Shown here: positions 34,288 to 44,100 of the stretch, in pieces | Numbering within the stretch: position 1 is the stretch's first letter | Layout: each line of letters starts with the position of its first letter | Source of the DNA: a virus | Lineage: Duplodnaviria > Caudoviricetes | IMG/VR virus record: IMGVR_UViG_3300010396_000050 | Span: 1-56,786 of that record | Direction: 5' to 3' (one strand) | Length of the DNA stretch: 56,786 bases | Made by a program: the position numbers and the translations under genes | Notes under the pieces: model-generated | Seen by the model: the letters and a program-made list of their open reading frames with translations, nothing else | Database searches by the model: none | What the model was told of the DNA's origin: nothing

Positions 34288-35460
34288 CTACCCCTGCCCC
34301 ACGTTGACGAGCCGCGCCGTCTTGGCGAGCGTGGCCGTCTGCGTCGCCGGGGAGTTGGCGTCACTGCCCCACGAGAACGTTGTCGAGATGAGCCGCCAGT
34401 TCGCGGGCTGGATCACCGACGCGGCGTCATCCGTCTTGATATCGAGCCACCACGCCTCATTCGGTTCGACGCGGGGATCGGGGACGACGGAAAGCGTCAC
34501 CCGCGTTGGGATGCCGGTCTTCTGTTGCAGCATCTGCCGGGCACGAACCTTGGCGGTATCGGAGATCGTGTCGTTGGAGTCGACGATCAGCTTGGGGAAC
34601 GGGCCAATGCTGGGCACCGACCACGGGTCGTCTTGGTCAGCGGAATCGACGATGAAGCCGATCTTCGTCGCGTTGTCGGCGTCCGGGTTCGAGGATTTGA
34701 GCAGGATGCGATTGGCAAACGCGGTGCTGTCCGGTTCGATCGCGATCGAGTCATAGAGGTCGTTGCGCCAGTCGTAGATCGCACGATGCGGTTCCGCCTG
34801 GGCCACTTCGTAGGCGCGTTCAGTCGTGACGACGCCCGTCGAGGTCGCATAGAGTTTGAAGTAGCCCGCCGCCTGCAAGACTTCGTTCGCCGCGGCAAGG
34901 AGGTTATCGCCGGGACGAATCGTCCGAATCTTGCCGGTCTTGACGCCCGTCTTCGGAATGCGAATGTCGAGGCCGGTCGGCGAGTTGTTGAGGATCGTCT
35001 GGGCGACGCTACCGCAGTCGATCCCGAACCCGAAGACCATCCGCTTCGAGGCGATCTGCTGGCTGAGTTGCCAGATCATGTCGCGCCCGTCGATGGTGGT
35101 CGTCTGCTGGTTGCGGCTGAAGTCGCGGCGCGGCGGCACGAAGGCGAAAAGGCCGAGCTGACGCCGTACGATCGTCTGTTCGCCCGCCGCGTTGAGCCAC
35201 CACGTACACCAGTAGGGCGCGAGCAACTGCTGGTACGCCTTGATCCCGTTCGGCCCGTCCAGCGTGGCGTTCATCGTCCACGGGACATCGTTGTCGGTGT
35301 TGAGCGTGACGTTGCACGAGATGACCTGATCGGTGATATCGATCTGGCCGTCCGGGCTATTGCGATCCTCGCGAACGTACATCTCGCCCCACGACTCAAC
35401 CACGCTGTTGACGGGAAGGATCGGCTGATCGACGGGCAAGCTGTGGGAGAGGTTGACCAT
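34288..35460 (-). CDS. Minor tail / baseplate hub-like protein
   Basis: Position and size; QLGLF, TIDGRD, VPDPRVEP motifs. Confidence 0.65.
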   Translation of the reverse strand: MVNLSHSLPVDQPILPVNSVVESWGEMYVREDRNSPDGQIDITDQVISCNVTLNTDNDVPWTMNATLDGPNGIKAYQQLLAPYWCTWWLNAAGEQTIVRRQLGLFAFVPPRRDFSRNQQTTTIDGRDMIWQLSQQIASKRMVFGFGIDCGSVAQTILNNSPTGLDIRIPKTGVKTGKIRTIRPGDNLLAAANEVLQAAGYFKLYATSTGVVTTERAYEVAQAEPHRAIYDWRNDLYDSIAIEPDSTAFANRILLKSSNPDADNATKIGFIVDSADQDDPWSVPSIGPFPKLIVDSNDTISDTAKVRARQMLQQKTGIPTRVTLSVVPDPRVEPNEAWWLDIKTDDAASVIQPANWRLISTTFSWGSDANSPATQTATLAKTARLVNVGQG

Positions 35461-35464
35461 CGCC

Positions 35465-37246
35465 CTACCCCAATCCCACGGGCGGATCGACCTGGAGCCC
35501 GGTCAGCGCGACGTGCGTGATCCGGTAATCCACGTCATCCGTCGGGACGAACGAGGTCAGGACGCAGTAGAAGCGCTCACCGAGCCCGTCGCGATAGAGC
35601 AGCACTTGCCGCGTCTGGCAGAGGATGTCGAGCGCGGCAAGCTGGTCCTGCACGGTCGTGCCGAAGACGGGATCGTCCCAGAGGATGTGGTAGGTCGCGG
35701 TGAAGCTCTTGCCGTACGCCTTGTCGCGGTAGATGACCGGAAGTTGCGCGCCCCACGGTGTCCGGGCGGTTCGGTTGAAGATGCGAGGGATCGAGCGCGT
35801 ATCGCGTCCCGGCAGGACCACGTACGTCCGGCCCGACCCGGTGGTCTGCGAGAGCACCGTGCCGGAGATGCCACGGTTCAGGATTTTGCCGCCCGGCGGT
35901 GTCCACTCTTTCGCGACGCTGTAGAGGTCAGAGCCGGAGACGACGGTATGGACGAAGATGCCGACAACAATCGGGGTGTTGAGCGGCAGTTCGAGCGAGC
36001 GGTAGCCCACGACGGTGGAGTCACTGAACGTGATGAAGGTCGTCTCTGAACCGTCCCACGCCGCATCCGCAAGCCGGTACGCGAGCCGGTATTCGGCGAA
36101 TCCGGTGGCCGTTGACGCGGTCCACGCAAGATCGGCGTACGCCCCGTCGGCACTGACCGATCCGGTGAACGTCGCCGGAGCGGACGGCGGCGTGAACGTG
36201 ATCGAAAAGTCGCGATCGACAAACGACTCCTGCCCCGCCTCGTTGTAGACGCGGAATCCGGCCCGGTACGCTTTCGGATTCTTCAGGATGTTGTGGGGGA
36301 GCCGGTACTGGACGTCGGTCGTCTTCAACGTCGTATCAGTGACCGGCGGCACCGATCCGTCCGGGCGCGCCGGTGAGGTCGCGACGAACCAGACCGACTG
36401 GTTGGTCACATCATCGACGTAGTTGATCTCCTGATACGCAATCGGGGTGGACGCGTCGGTGGCGATCGCCCATTGGAAGAGCGGCGCCGTGCCGTCGAAG
36501 GCGGGATCGGTCGCGTCCGGGCGACTCACCGTCAGCGTGGCGGGCTGGGAGTACCACCACGGCCATTTGCCGGCCTGCCCTGCCTGCCGGAAGGTCGTCG
36601 AGCCGCCGGAGTAGATCAGGTCGCCGTCGCGGTAGGAGACGACGTACCAGTACCAGCGGCCACGTCCACTGTAGGCACCTGCGGTGATATGGCCGGTCCC
36701 CTGTGTCACGATCGTCCTCGTGATCGTCAGCGTCGTGCCGCTGCTGTTGCGATAGCCCGCCGTCATCCACCAGCCGAGCTGGCTGTGCATGAGGTAGGAG
36801 ACGCCCGCCCGGTTGTTGCGCATCTGGATCGTGATCCCGCCCGGATCGACCGGGCGACCGGTGACGAGGGCGTCGCCGGGGTTGATGTCGGGCAGGGCGT
36901 CAACGATCGCCTGAATCTGGGCGGTCGTGGCGTTCCACGGGACCGGATCGCCGAGGGCGCCGAAGAGCGAGATCGTCGAGGAGCCGGACGTCGGGGTCCC
37001 GCTGAACGTGAAGTTGAGCTTGTGGGAGGTGCCGGGCGGCTGGACGGCGAACGAGTAGTTCGACCCGGAGCGCGTCATCTCCTGCACGGTGACGATGCGT
37101 CCGGCGTCGGTGACGATCGCCATGAAGACGCGCGTGTCCGCCTGGTCGCTATCGACGCACGTCGCCGTAAACGTCGTCGGCAGGGACGCGACGATGTCGT
37201 TGTAGAGCGGATACGTTCGACTGGGGACGACGGGGGCAATGGCCAT
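35465..37246 (-). CDS. Minor tail protein (Ig/FN3-like, possible distal-tail domain)
   Basis: TPPSAPATF...ADLAW FN3-like segment; C-terminal LLYRDGLGERFYC. Confidence 0.65.
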   Translation of the reverse strand: MAIAPVVPSRTYPLYNDIVASLPTTFTATCVDSDQADTRVFMAIVTDAGRIVTVQEMTRSGSNYSFAVQPPGTSHKLNFTFSGTPTSGSSTISLFGALGDPVPWNATTAQIQAIVDALPDINPGDALVTGRPVDPGGITIQMRNNRAGVSYLMHSQLGWWMTAGYRNSSGTTLTITRTIVTQGTGHITAGAYSGRGRWYWYVVSYRDGDLIYSGGSTTFRQAGQAGKWPWWYSQPATLTVSRPDATDPAFDGTAPLFQWAIATDASTPIAYQEINYVDDVTNQSVWFVATSPARPDGSVPPVTDTTLKTTDVQYRLPHNILKNPKAYRAGFRVYNEAGQESFVDRDFSITFTPPSAPATFTGSVSADGAYADLAWTASTATGFAEYRLAYRLADAAWDGSETTFITFSDSTVVGYRSLELPLNTPIVVGIFVHTVVSGSDLYSVAKEWTPPGGKILNRGISGTVLSQTTGSGRTYVVLPGRDTRSIPRIFNRTARTPWGAQLPVIYRDKAYGKSFTATYHILWDDPVFGTTVQDQLAALDILCQTRQVLLYRDGLGERFYCVLTSFVPTDDVDYRITHVALTGLQVDPPVGLG

Positions 37247-37332
37247 GGCGAACAGCAGTTCCCTTGTTCAGGGGCACTGCGCACCACGGCGACGGGCCTT
37301 CGGAGTTACGTCATTTTAGCATGTGGAGAGGG

Positions 37333-37803
37333 CTAGGACGGGACGTTATCGAACTCAAACTTCAACTTGTCGTCTAGATCGTTTAACAACTTCAGTATCT
37401 CTGCCCGCTGCTCCTCGGTCATTGCGCGAAACGCGTACACCAAGGCAGCAGCGAGCACTCCATACGGACTCCCTTGGACCCGATGCAGTCCTGGGATGTA
37501 GGTCGAGATTCGTTCTTCCCGTTGGGCAATCGGTTCCTGTGTTGGCGTTCGCTCAGGAACCCACTCATTCCCATTCTGATCCTGTGCCAATAACTCCAGG
37601 TCTACGAGTTCATCATCTGAACTACCAAGGACACTATGAATCTTGGCGCGCGTTGCGAACTGTGGAAGCTTGATTCGACCATTCTCTATAGCATTGATGT
37701 ATGTTCGCCCAAGCCCTGATTCCTCGGCAAGCTTTTCCTGAGTGAGCTTCTGCTCACGTCTCTTTGCTTTGAGCCAGTCTGAGTACGTTTCTAATCCTGC
37801 CAT
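37333..37803 (-). CDS. XRE-family HTH repressor-like protein
   Basis: WLKAKRREQKLTQEKLAEESGLGRTYINAIENGRIKLP; probably leaderless (TTGCGT-17-TAATAA just upstream). Confidence 0.85.
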   Translation of the reverse strand: MAGLETYSDWLKAKRREQKLTQEKLAEESGLGRTYINAIENGRIKLPQFATRAKIHSVLGSSDDELVDLELLAQDQNGNEWVPERTPTQEPIAQREERISTYIPGLHRVQGSPYGVLAAALVYAFRAMTEEQRAEILKLLNDLDDKLKFEFDNVPS

Positions 37804-37831
37804 GGGACGCATTATTACAGCGCTAGCGGTA

Positions 37832-37860
37832 TTGACGCAAGGAACTACTACTGTCATACT
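37832..37860 (+). promoter_or_regulatory. Rightward promoter of the XRE-ParB cassette
   Basis: TTGACG-17-CATACT. Confidence 0.65.
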
Positions 37861-37925
37861 CACTGTGTTACTTGGAGTGACGCAGCGTCAGATGCGAACT
37901 ATAGCATCGCAAGTGAGGAGGAACC

Positions 37926-38171
37926 GTGAACACGCAAGGGCTCGGAGTATTCGTTCGCCAGCGACGGGGAGAGCTTGGATTGACCCAGAATGAATTGGGG
38001 GCAAAGACGGGGCTGACACAGGCATACATTAGCCAGATTGAGCGCGGGGTTCGTCGTTGGCCGCAGCCTTATGTGAGAGCTATCGCTGATGTGCTCGGCG
38101 TCTCCGAGATTCAGTTGGCACAGGAAGCCGGACTCATCTCGCGCCAACCGGAAGGAAAGGATGGAGAGTGA
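37926..38171 (+). CDS. XRE-family HTH (Cro-like)
   Basis: GLTQNELGAKTGLTQAYISQIERG; GAGGAGG SD. Confidence 0.85.
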   Translation: MNTQGLGVFVRQRRGELGLTQNELGAKTGLTQAYISQIERGVRRWPQPYVRAIADVLGVSEIQLAQEAGLISRQPEGKDGE

Positions 38172-39109
38172 ACCGGACCACCGAACTCGTGTCCACCAAC
38201 AGCATTGTTGTCGCTGACCGCCTCCGTGAGGACTTCGGCGACATTTCGGGACTCGCCGAGTCTATCCGCGAGCATGGTCTTCTCCACCCGCTCACGATCG
38301 ATCAGGACAACAAGCTCATCGCTGGCGAGCGCCGACTTCGTGCGATGAAGGAGTTGGGCTTCCTTGAGGTTGAAGTTCGCCGGTGGTCACTTCTTGACGA
38401 GAATGAGCGGCGCGAGATCGAACTCGAAGAGAACATTCGCCGCAAGGATCTGACATCGTTCGAGCGTTCAAAGAATTTGGTCGAGTTGGCGCAGGTCGCC
38501 AAAGAAGTTGCGGCGCAAGAGGTTTTCACGGATTCCGTGAAAACTCCCAAAGGAGGACGACCACCAAAGAGTCTGGTTCCCGAAGCGAAGGTAGCCGAAC
38601 GTATCGGCGTTCCCGCCCAGACGATTCGTGATGCAAAAAAACACGTCGCCGCCGCCGAGACCTATCCCGTGCTTCAGAAGCCGGGATGGAAGGCATATCA
38701 GGCAATGGAGGCAGCCGAGGTCATCGAAAAGCTCCCCGAAGAGGATCGTCAGCCCGTCGCCCGACTCATTGATCAGCCCGGAATCCCACCAGACAAGGCA
38801 ATTTCGATGCTACGCAACGTCGCCAGCCAGACACAGGAGGAACGAAAGGAGGTCGTCAAACTTGCCCAGAGTACGGACTCACGAGACCGGACCCTCGCCA
38901 TCACGAAGGCCGCGAAGGTCCCGCCGATGCCAGACGAACGAATCGCGATGCTCGGGCAAGCGGAGCGACACCTTCAAAAGGCGATCAGCACCCGGCCAAC
39001 AGATCCAGAGGCATCGGAACTCAAGGAGATGGTAAGCACGATTCGGCGACTAATCCGCTCAATGGAAGGAAACACGCATGGTGTTCGAACTCAAGATTCA
39101 GCAGCCTGA
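38168..39109 (+). CDS. ParB/Srx N-terminal domain protein with HTH
   Basis: LAESIREHGLLHPL, LIAGERRLRA, ENIRRKDLT. Confidence 0.88.
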   Translation: MNRTTELVSTNSIVVADRLREDFGDISGLAESIREHGLLHPLTIDQDNKLIAGERRLRAMKELGFLEVEVRRWSLLDENERREIELEENIRRKDLTSFERSKNLVELAQVAKEVAAQEVFTDSVKTPKGGRPPKSLVPEAKVAERIGVPAQTIRDAKKHVAAAETYPVLQKPGWKAYQAMEAAEVIEKLPEEDRQPVARLIDQPGIPPDKAISMLRNVASQTQEERKEVVKLAQSTDSRDRTLAITKAAKVPPMPDERIAMLGQAERHLQKAISTRPTDPEASELKEMVSTIRRLIRSMEGNTHGVRTQDSAA

Positions 39110-39512
39110 CGGACCGCGAGACCAGAGAATTCGGGATGAATTCGCCAACAACCAGATGAGTCTGTCAGCGTTCACCCATCACTGCGCTGCGCGGGGATTC
39201 TGGACACCGGAAGAGGTCGACGCGTACGCATTCCGCGCACAGCAGAACGAGATTCGACGCGCGTTGAAGATTCGAACAGAGAATGGACTTCCGTTTGCCG
39301 GACCAACGACAAAAATGGACGAGTCCGGTGCTCCCATCTGGTCTCAACGCGCATTCTGGGACCTGGACGATTATGTCGGCAACATCCGCGAACTGAAGGA
39401 TCAGGCCGAAACAATGATCGCGATTGCGGAGGAGATGATTCGAGAGGCTATCTATCGTTACGGCCTTGAGGCAGTGAATGACGCCTTGAGCCGGATTCCG
39501 CTCGCAGCCTAA
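39078..39512 (+). CDS. Hypothetical protein
   Basis: Overlaps the ParB-like gene; SD present. Confidence 0.6.
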   Translation: MVFELKIQQPDGPRDQRIRDEFANNQMSLSAFTHHCAARGFWTPEEVDAYAFRAQQNEIRRALKIRTENGLPFAGPTTKMDESGAPIWSQRAFWDLDDYVGNIRELKDQAETMIAIAEEMIREAIYRYGLEAVNDALSRIPLAA

Positions 39513-39597
39513 ATAAAGCGAAGCGGTGACGACTGCAATTCGTCACCGCTTCCCGAACTACTTGTAGCAACAGTTCACCCACAAGGATAGCACACCG

Positions 39598-40089
39598 ATG
39601 TCTCCCACACGACGTGACATTCTCGCCGCCATAGTCGCCGCTCCCGTGGCGGCGATTCTTCCCGCCGCAACGTGGATACCGGATGCCTCAGCGGCTCCGG
39701 TCGTCCCTCCCCAGGCCAACCCGTTTGAGCATGGGGTTCACTTTACCGGCTTCTCAACGTGGCAGGATGTGGGGACCGAGACATTGCTTAGCGGTCGCGT
39801 TGAGCTATACGCCGATCACAAGAAGGCGATCGTTCACGTGGCGAACTGGGACCGCACCGACAAAGGCACGAATCTCGTCTTTCGGCATCCGGTGGTGGTC
39901 AGCGCGCTCCAGATCGTCATGTCCGCGATGAATGAAGCCTTTGACGGGAAACGCGACATGGAGTTGATCCGTGAGGATTATGTGATGTGCGGCGACTGTC
40001 TCGGGGTCGGATGGTTCAAGGACGTGGAAGGCGAATCCGACTGCGCATTGTGCAGCGGAAAAGGGTATGGAATGCGCTCGTCTCGGTAG
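39598..40089 (+). CDS. Protein with Tat-like N-terminus and C-terminal Zn-finger
   Basis: TRRDILAA followed by a hydrophobic stretch; CGDC...CALCSGKG. Confidence 0.55.
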   Translation: MSPTRRDILAAIVAAPVAAILPAATWIPDASAAPVVPPQANPFEHGVHFTGFSTWQDVGTETLLSGRVELYADHKKAIVHVANWDRTDKGTNLVFRHPVVVSALQIVMSAMNEAFDGKRDMELIREDYVMCGDCLGVGWFKDVEGESDCALCSGKGYGMRSSR

Positions 40090-40092
40090 CCG

Positions 40093-40144
40093 CACGCAGC
40101 AGGAAGGCCCGGAGGTTCATGCCTCCGGGCCTTCCTGCTGCGTG
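40093..40144. terminator. Long hairpin between convergent genes
   Basis: 23-bp perfect inverted repeat. Confidence 0.75.
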
Positions 40145-40154
40145 GCATATCGGT

Positions 40155-40871
40155 CTATCCGGCCGCATTCACGCTATCAGTGATATCTGCTTGGAATGCG
40201 AGCGAGAAGTCGACAGGGAAATCCGCGAGGACGGGGATTGCGTCCCAAAGACCTCCGACCATCTCGCCGTCCGACTGTGACTTCACAGCCGCTTTCGAGG
40301 GCCATCGCTTATCGATCGCCTCGTACATCTTGATAAGTTGCGATGTTAGCCCGGCTCCTTGTGCCAGCCCGATCGCCAGAGCGATAGTGCCATCCTTGGC
40401 GACAGTCAAGACGGTTCCCGAAACAACAAGATTCACACCTCCGGCACTTCGCGTGATATTAACAATTGACGCCCGAGCGCTTCGTAGCTTCGTTGTACCC
40501 ACACTGATCGGTGCGGCGGGGTCAGAGGACACGAAGGGAAGTGACGAATCGTTCTGGTAACGAGCGACGATCGCGTTCTCAGCAGCCTTATGGACAGCGT
40601 CAACACTCCCAGACGCGTCCAGCGTGATGGCGAACGCCACAAGTGCGGCCAACGTTCCGAGATTAGCAGGGTCATTGAAGTTTTTGGTTGATGAGAAGTT
40701 CCGCACGAGTGCTTGCTTGCATCCGGCGAACCTGAGGTATCCGGCTGTTGCGCCGTCCGGGACAACATCGGAAATCTCGCCATCCTGCGCGTTGGCCGCG
40801 TTGCCTAATGAGATCCCCGCGATCGATGCCGCGGCACCAACAACGAACGATCGTCGAGAGATGTGCACCAC
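40155..40871 (-). CDS. Putative Tat-exported protein (moron)
   Basis: SRRSFVV twin-arginine motif, hydrophobic core, ANA-Q cleavage site; AAGGAG SD. Confidence 0.65.
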   Translation of the reverse strand: MVHISRRSFVVGAAASIAGISLGNAANAQDGEISDVVPDGATAGYLRFAGCKQALVRNFSSTKNFNDPANLGTLAALVAFAITLDASGSVDAVHKAAENAIVARYQNDSSLPFVSSDPAAPISVGTTKLRSARASIVNITRSAGGVNLVVSGTVLTVAKDGTIALAIGLAQGAGLTSQLIKMYEAIDKRWPSKAAVKSQSDGEMVGGLWDAIPVLADFPVDFSLAFQADITDSVNAAG

Positions 40872-40937
40872 CACAGAACTCCTTTGCAAACACTTGACCA
40901 GACCGGTCATTTCATGAGCAAGAGGATTCTCGCACCA

Positions 40938-41153
40938 TCATGCCGCTTGTGCGAATTTCTCGCCCTTGTCTGGCAGTTTAGCGCCTGTCACGACGTTCCA
41001 TGCATGGGTGATTAGCTGTCCTTGACGCTTACTGCATCGCGGACACTCAAATTCGATCGTGCGTTCGATCGCCGGATAGGGGTACTCATCGTCGAGCACC
41101 AGCACGCCATGCAGTCGCCAGCGGCACCTAAGCTCGACACGTCGAAGCGTCAT
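40938..41153 (-). CDS. Small Zn-ribbon protein (Mu Com-like)
   Basis: ELRC...LHG...IEFECPRC. Confidence 0.5.
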   Translation of the reverse strand: MTLRRVELRCRWRLHGVLVLDDEYPYPAIERTIEFECPRCSKRQGQLITHAWNVVTGAKLPDKGEKFAQAA

Positions 41154-41155
41154 CG

Positions 41156-44100
41156 CTAGCGCCTCCCCACGGTTGGGGTCGACGCCGTCTGCCGTATCTG
41201 TGTGAGTGCCGGGCCGAGGTTCGTTGCGAGATCGCTTCCAGCCTCGGCTTGCTCCATCAAATGCTGGAGTTCGTCGCTCTTGAGCGCCTGTACTACTGTG
41301 GTGCGATAGATGATGGTCTGGCTCGGTCGTGACGCGCTTTGTGTCGGCACCGAGGTCGGCACGGCCGCCCGCCATGGTCGCACGTAGCCGCCACGAGCGT
41401 AAGCAGGGATCGGACCTGCGCCGTCCATTCCCGCCAGCATGTTCTTCGTGCGCGGTGCGGTGAAAACATAGGTGTGTGCCGGAACAGCGTAGTATGCCTT
41501 CTCGCGTGCAAGTCCCATGCTCCCGTCCGGGTAGCGCAAAAGCTCTGGCCCCTCTTCTGCCATCAGCGTGAGCACGCCGTCGGTGTAGCCGCCTCGTGCT
41601 TGCGGCTTGCCGACAGCATTAAGGCCGCCTGTCGTAACTACATTGACGTAGGCCGTCACACTATGAACCGCGTCAATTGCATTGGCAAGGGCCAAGACGT
41701 CACCAATGCCACTCACAGATGCATCGACGGTCGAGAAGCGCGAATCCGGAATACTGAAGAGCGCGCTTGCTGCATCGTACGCCTTGTCGCGGACGGTCTC
41801 GGCGCCTTGTTGCGTAACCGAGGTGAACCACGAGACTGGGATGCTTCGCAGCGCTCCTTCCGTAATACCCGCCGCACCCGTCACGGCTTCCGCGCCCGAC
41901 TGACTCAAAAACGACTTCCACGCGGTTGGGATTGATTCGAGCGCCCCTTCGGTCAAGCCGGCCGATTTGGTGACGTCTTCCGCGCCCACCTGGGAAATCT
42001 TCGGCACTGCATGCACGCGGCCGAGGACGTCAAGCGCGCTCTGCGTCAGGCCGGTTGCGGCGGTCGCGCCGACCAGTGCGGCGGTCGCGTGTTGCACACC
42101 CGCTTCCGCGAAGTCGGCGAGCGACTTGCGCGCACTCCCGCTCGTGGCTGTCAAATTTTGAAGGTTCTTCTGCATCGCGGCGATCGCGGCGGCGTTTTCA
42201 CCGAATCCGCCCATCGCGCCGACACCACCTGCCCCCGTTGGACCCGGCATGGTCGGCTGGCGTTGGTCGGGCCCCTTCGGGTAAACGTTGTCCTTTGATT
42301 TGTCCCTGATCTGCTTGAGCTTGTCATCGTTCGCCTGCATCGCGTCGACAAGTTTTTTCATCGCAGCCGCGGCGGCATGCGCATCTTCCGGCGTGAAGTA
42401 GTCACCCGGGTTTGGGACGGTGTAGTTCCCTTGCGCATCCTTTGTGTAGTCTGTGTACCGCCCATTCTTGCTCGGGCCATTGAGCGTTCCGGTAGGCGAC
42501 TGCTGAACTATTCGTGGAATCCTGGGATCAGTTACCGCTGACTGGGCCACGTCACTGATCCCGCCCACAGCGTGTTGTCCAAGCTTTTCGCGAACAACCT
42601 TCGGCGTGTCGATTGTGCCGATCGAAACCCCCGGCAGTTTGTTGAGATAGCCGATCAGGGTGTTGATCGTATCTCCCCACTTCTGCTTGATGTCGGCCAG
42701 TACCTTGTCGAGGCTCGTCTCGATTGGATCCCAGAATCCGTCGAAGATCCCCGTTGCGAGCGCGGCAATGTCCTTGAATGCGGCGGTGACGCCGTCACTG
42801 AAGCCGTTCCAGAGATCGGCATAGGTGCTCGCCTGTGACGCTTTCTTCACCATTTCGGAAACGAAGCCGACGATGATCGACGCCGCCATAACGGGAAGTA
42901 CAAACGGCGAGATCGCAATAAGCAGCAGCCCATGTCCGATCGCCACGCCAATCGAATGGTAGTCAGCCGTGCTGAATTTCTTGGCGATGTCAGCAATGAA
43001 TCCGGGGATGCCGATAATCGCGTCGGCGAGACCCTTCCCGATATCAAACGGTGCCTTGATTATTCCGAAGGAGATTGCCGCCCCGAGGGGACTGTAGTCC
43101 GCGTCAGCGAGCTTCTTGCCGATCGCTCCCACAACCGAGTCTGTGCCGTCGACAACCCAGTTGGCGACGGTGACGGTGATCGATTCAATCGTGGTCAAGC
43201 TGGTTCCCGAGATGACACTGCCAGTCGAGGTGATGACTTTCCCAATGGCATCACCGAGTGGAGCGCCAGCACTCACGAGCCAATTCACGATAGATACAGC
43301 AACATTGGGGATGTTGGTGGCTACGCTACTGACTGCTGGCCACGCCGTTCCTGTGATCCACGAACCAACCGATGCGCCGATATCCTTTAGCGCATCAACG
43401 GCCCAGTCCCCGATGGAAACCAGAACCTTGCCGATATCCGTGGCCGCACCGCTCACGGCTGGCCACGCTGTGTCCTTGATCCATGAACCAACGGACGTGC
43501 CGATATCCGTGAGTGCATCAACGGCCCAATCAGAGATGCTGACGAGCACTTTTCCAATATCGACAGCCGCACCCGCAACAGCCGGAAGCGCGGTATCTTT
43601 GACCCACGATCCGATGGACTTGCCAAGGTCAACGATCGCGTCAACGCCCCAGTCGGTGATCGACACGAGCACCTTGCCGATGTCAACGGCAGCCCCGGCG
43701 ACCGCTGGCAAGGCCGTGTCCTTGACCCACGAGGCGATGGACTTTCCGATGTCGACCGCTTTGCCAATCGCATCAACCGCCCAATCCGAGATCGAGACGA
43801 GGACCTTGCCGATATCCGTTGCCGCGCCAGCGACGGCAGGGAGCGCGGTGTCGGTGATCCATTTCTTGATCGCGCTCCCGAGATCGAGCGCGTCACCTGC
43901 AAGGCCGACAAGCCAGCCGCCGATGTTCAGGGCAATTTGTCCGAGGTCGACGATGCCGTTCCAGACCCAGCCCGCAATGCCCGTGATCCCGTTCCAGACG
44001 TTCCCGGCGTTGTCGGCAATCCAGCCGGTAATCGTCGGTGCAACGGTGTTGAGCACCCAACTGCCGAGCGAGATGCCTGCGGTGCCGAGCCCGGTCAGCG

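Noticed and set aside
43300-43900. Long imperfect tandem repeats
   Set aside because: These are in-frame ~40-aa repeats of the tape measure protein, not a CRISPR array or a DGR template/variable pair. No reverse transcriptase or cas gene is visible.
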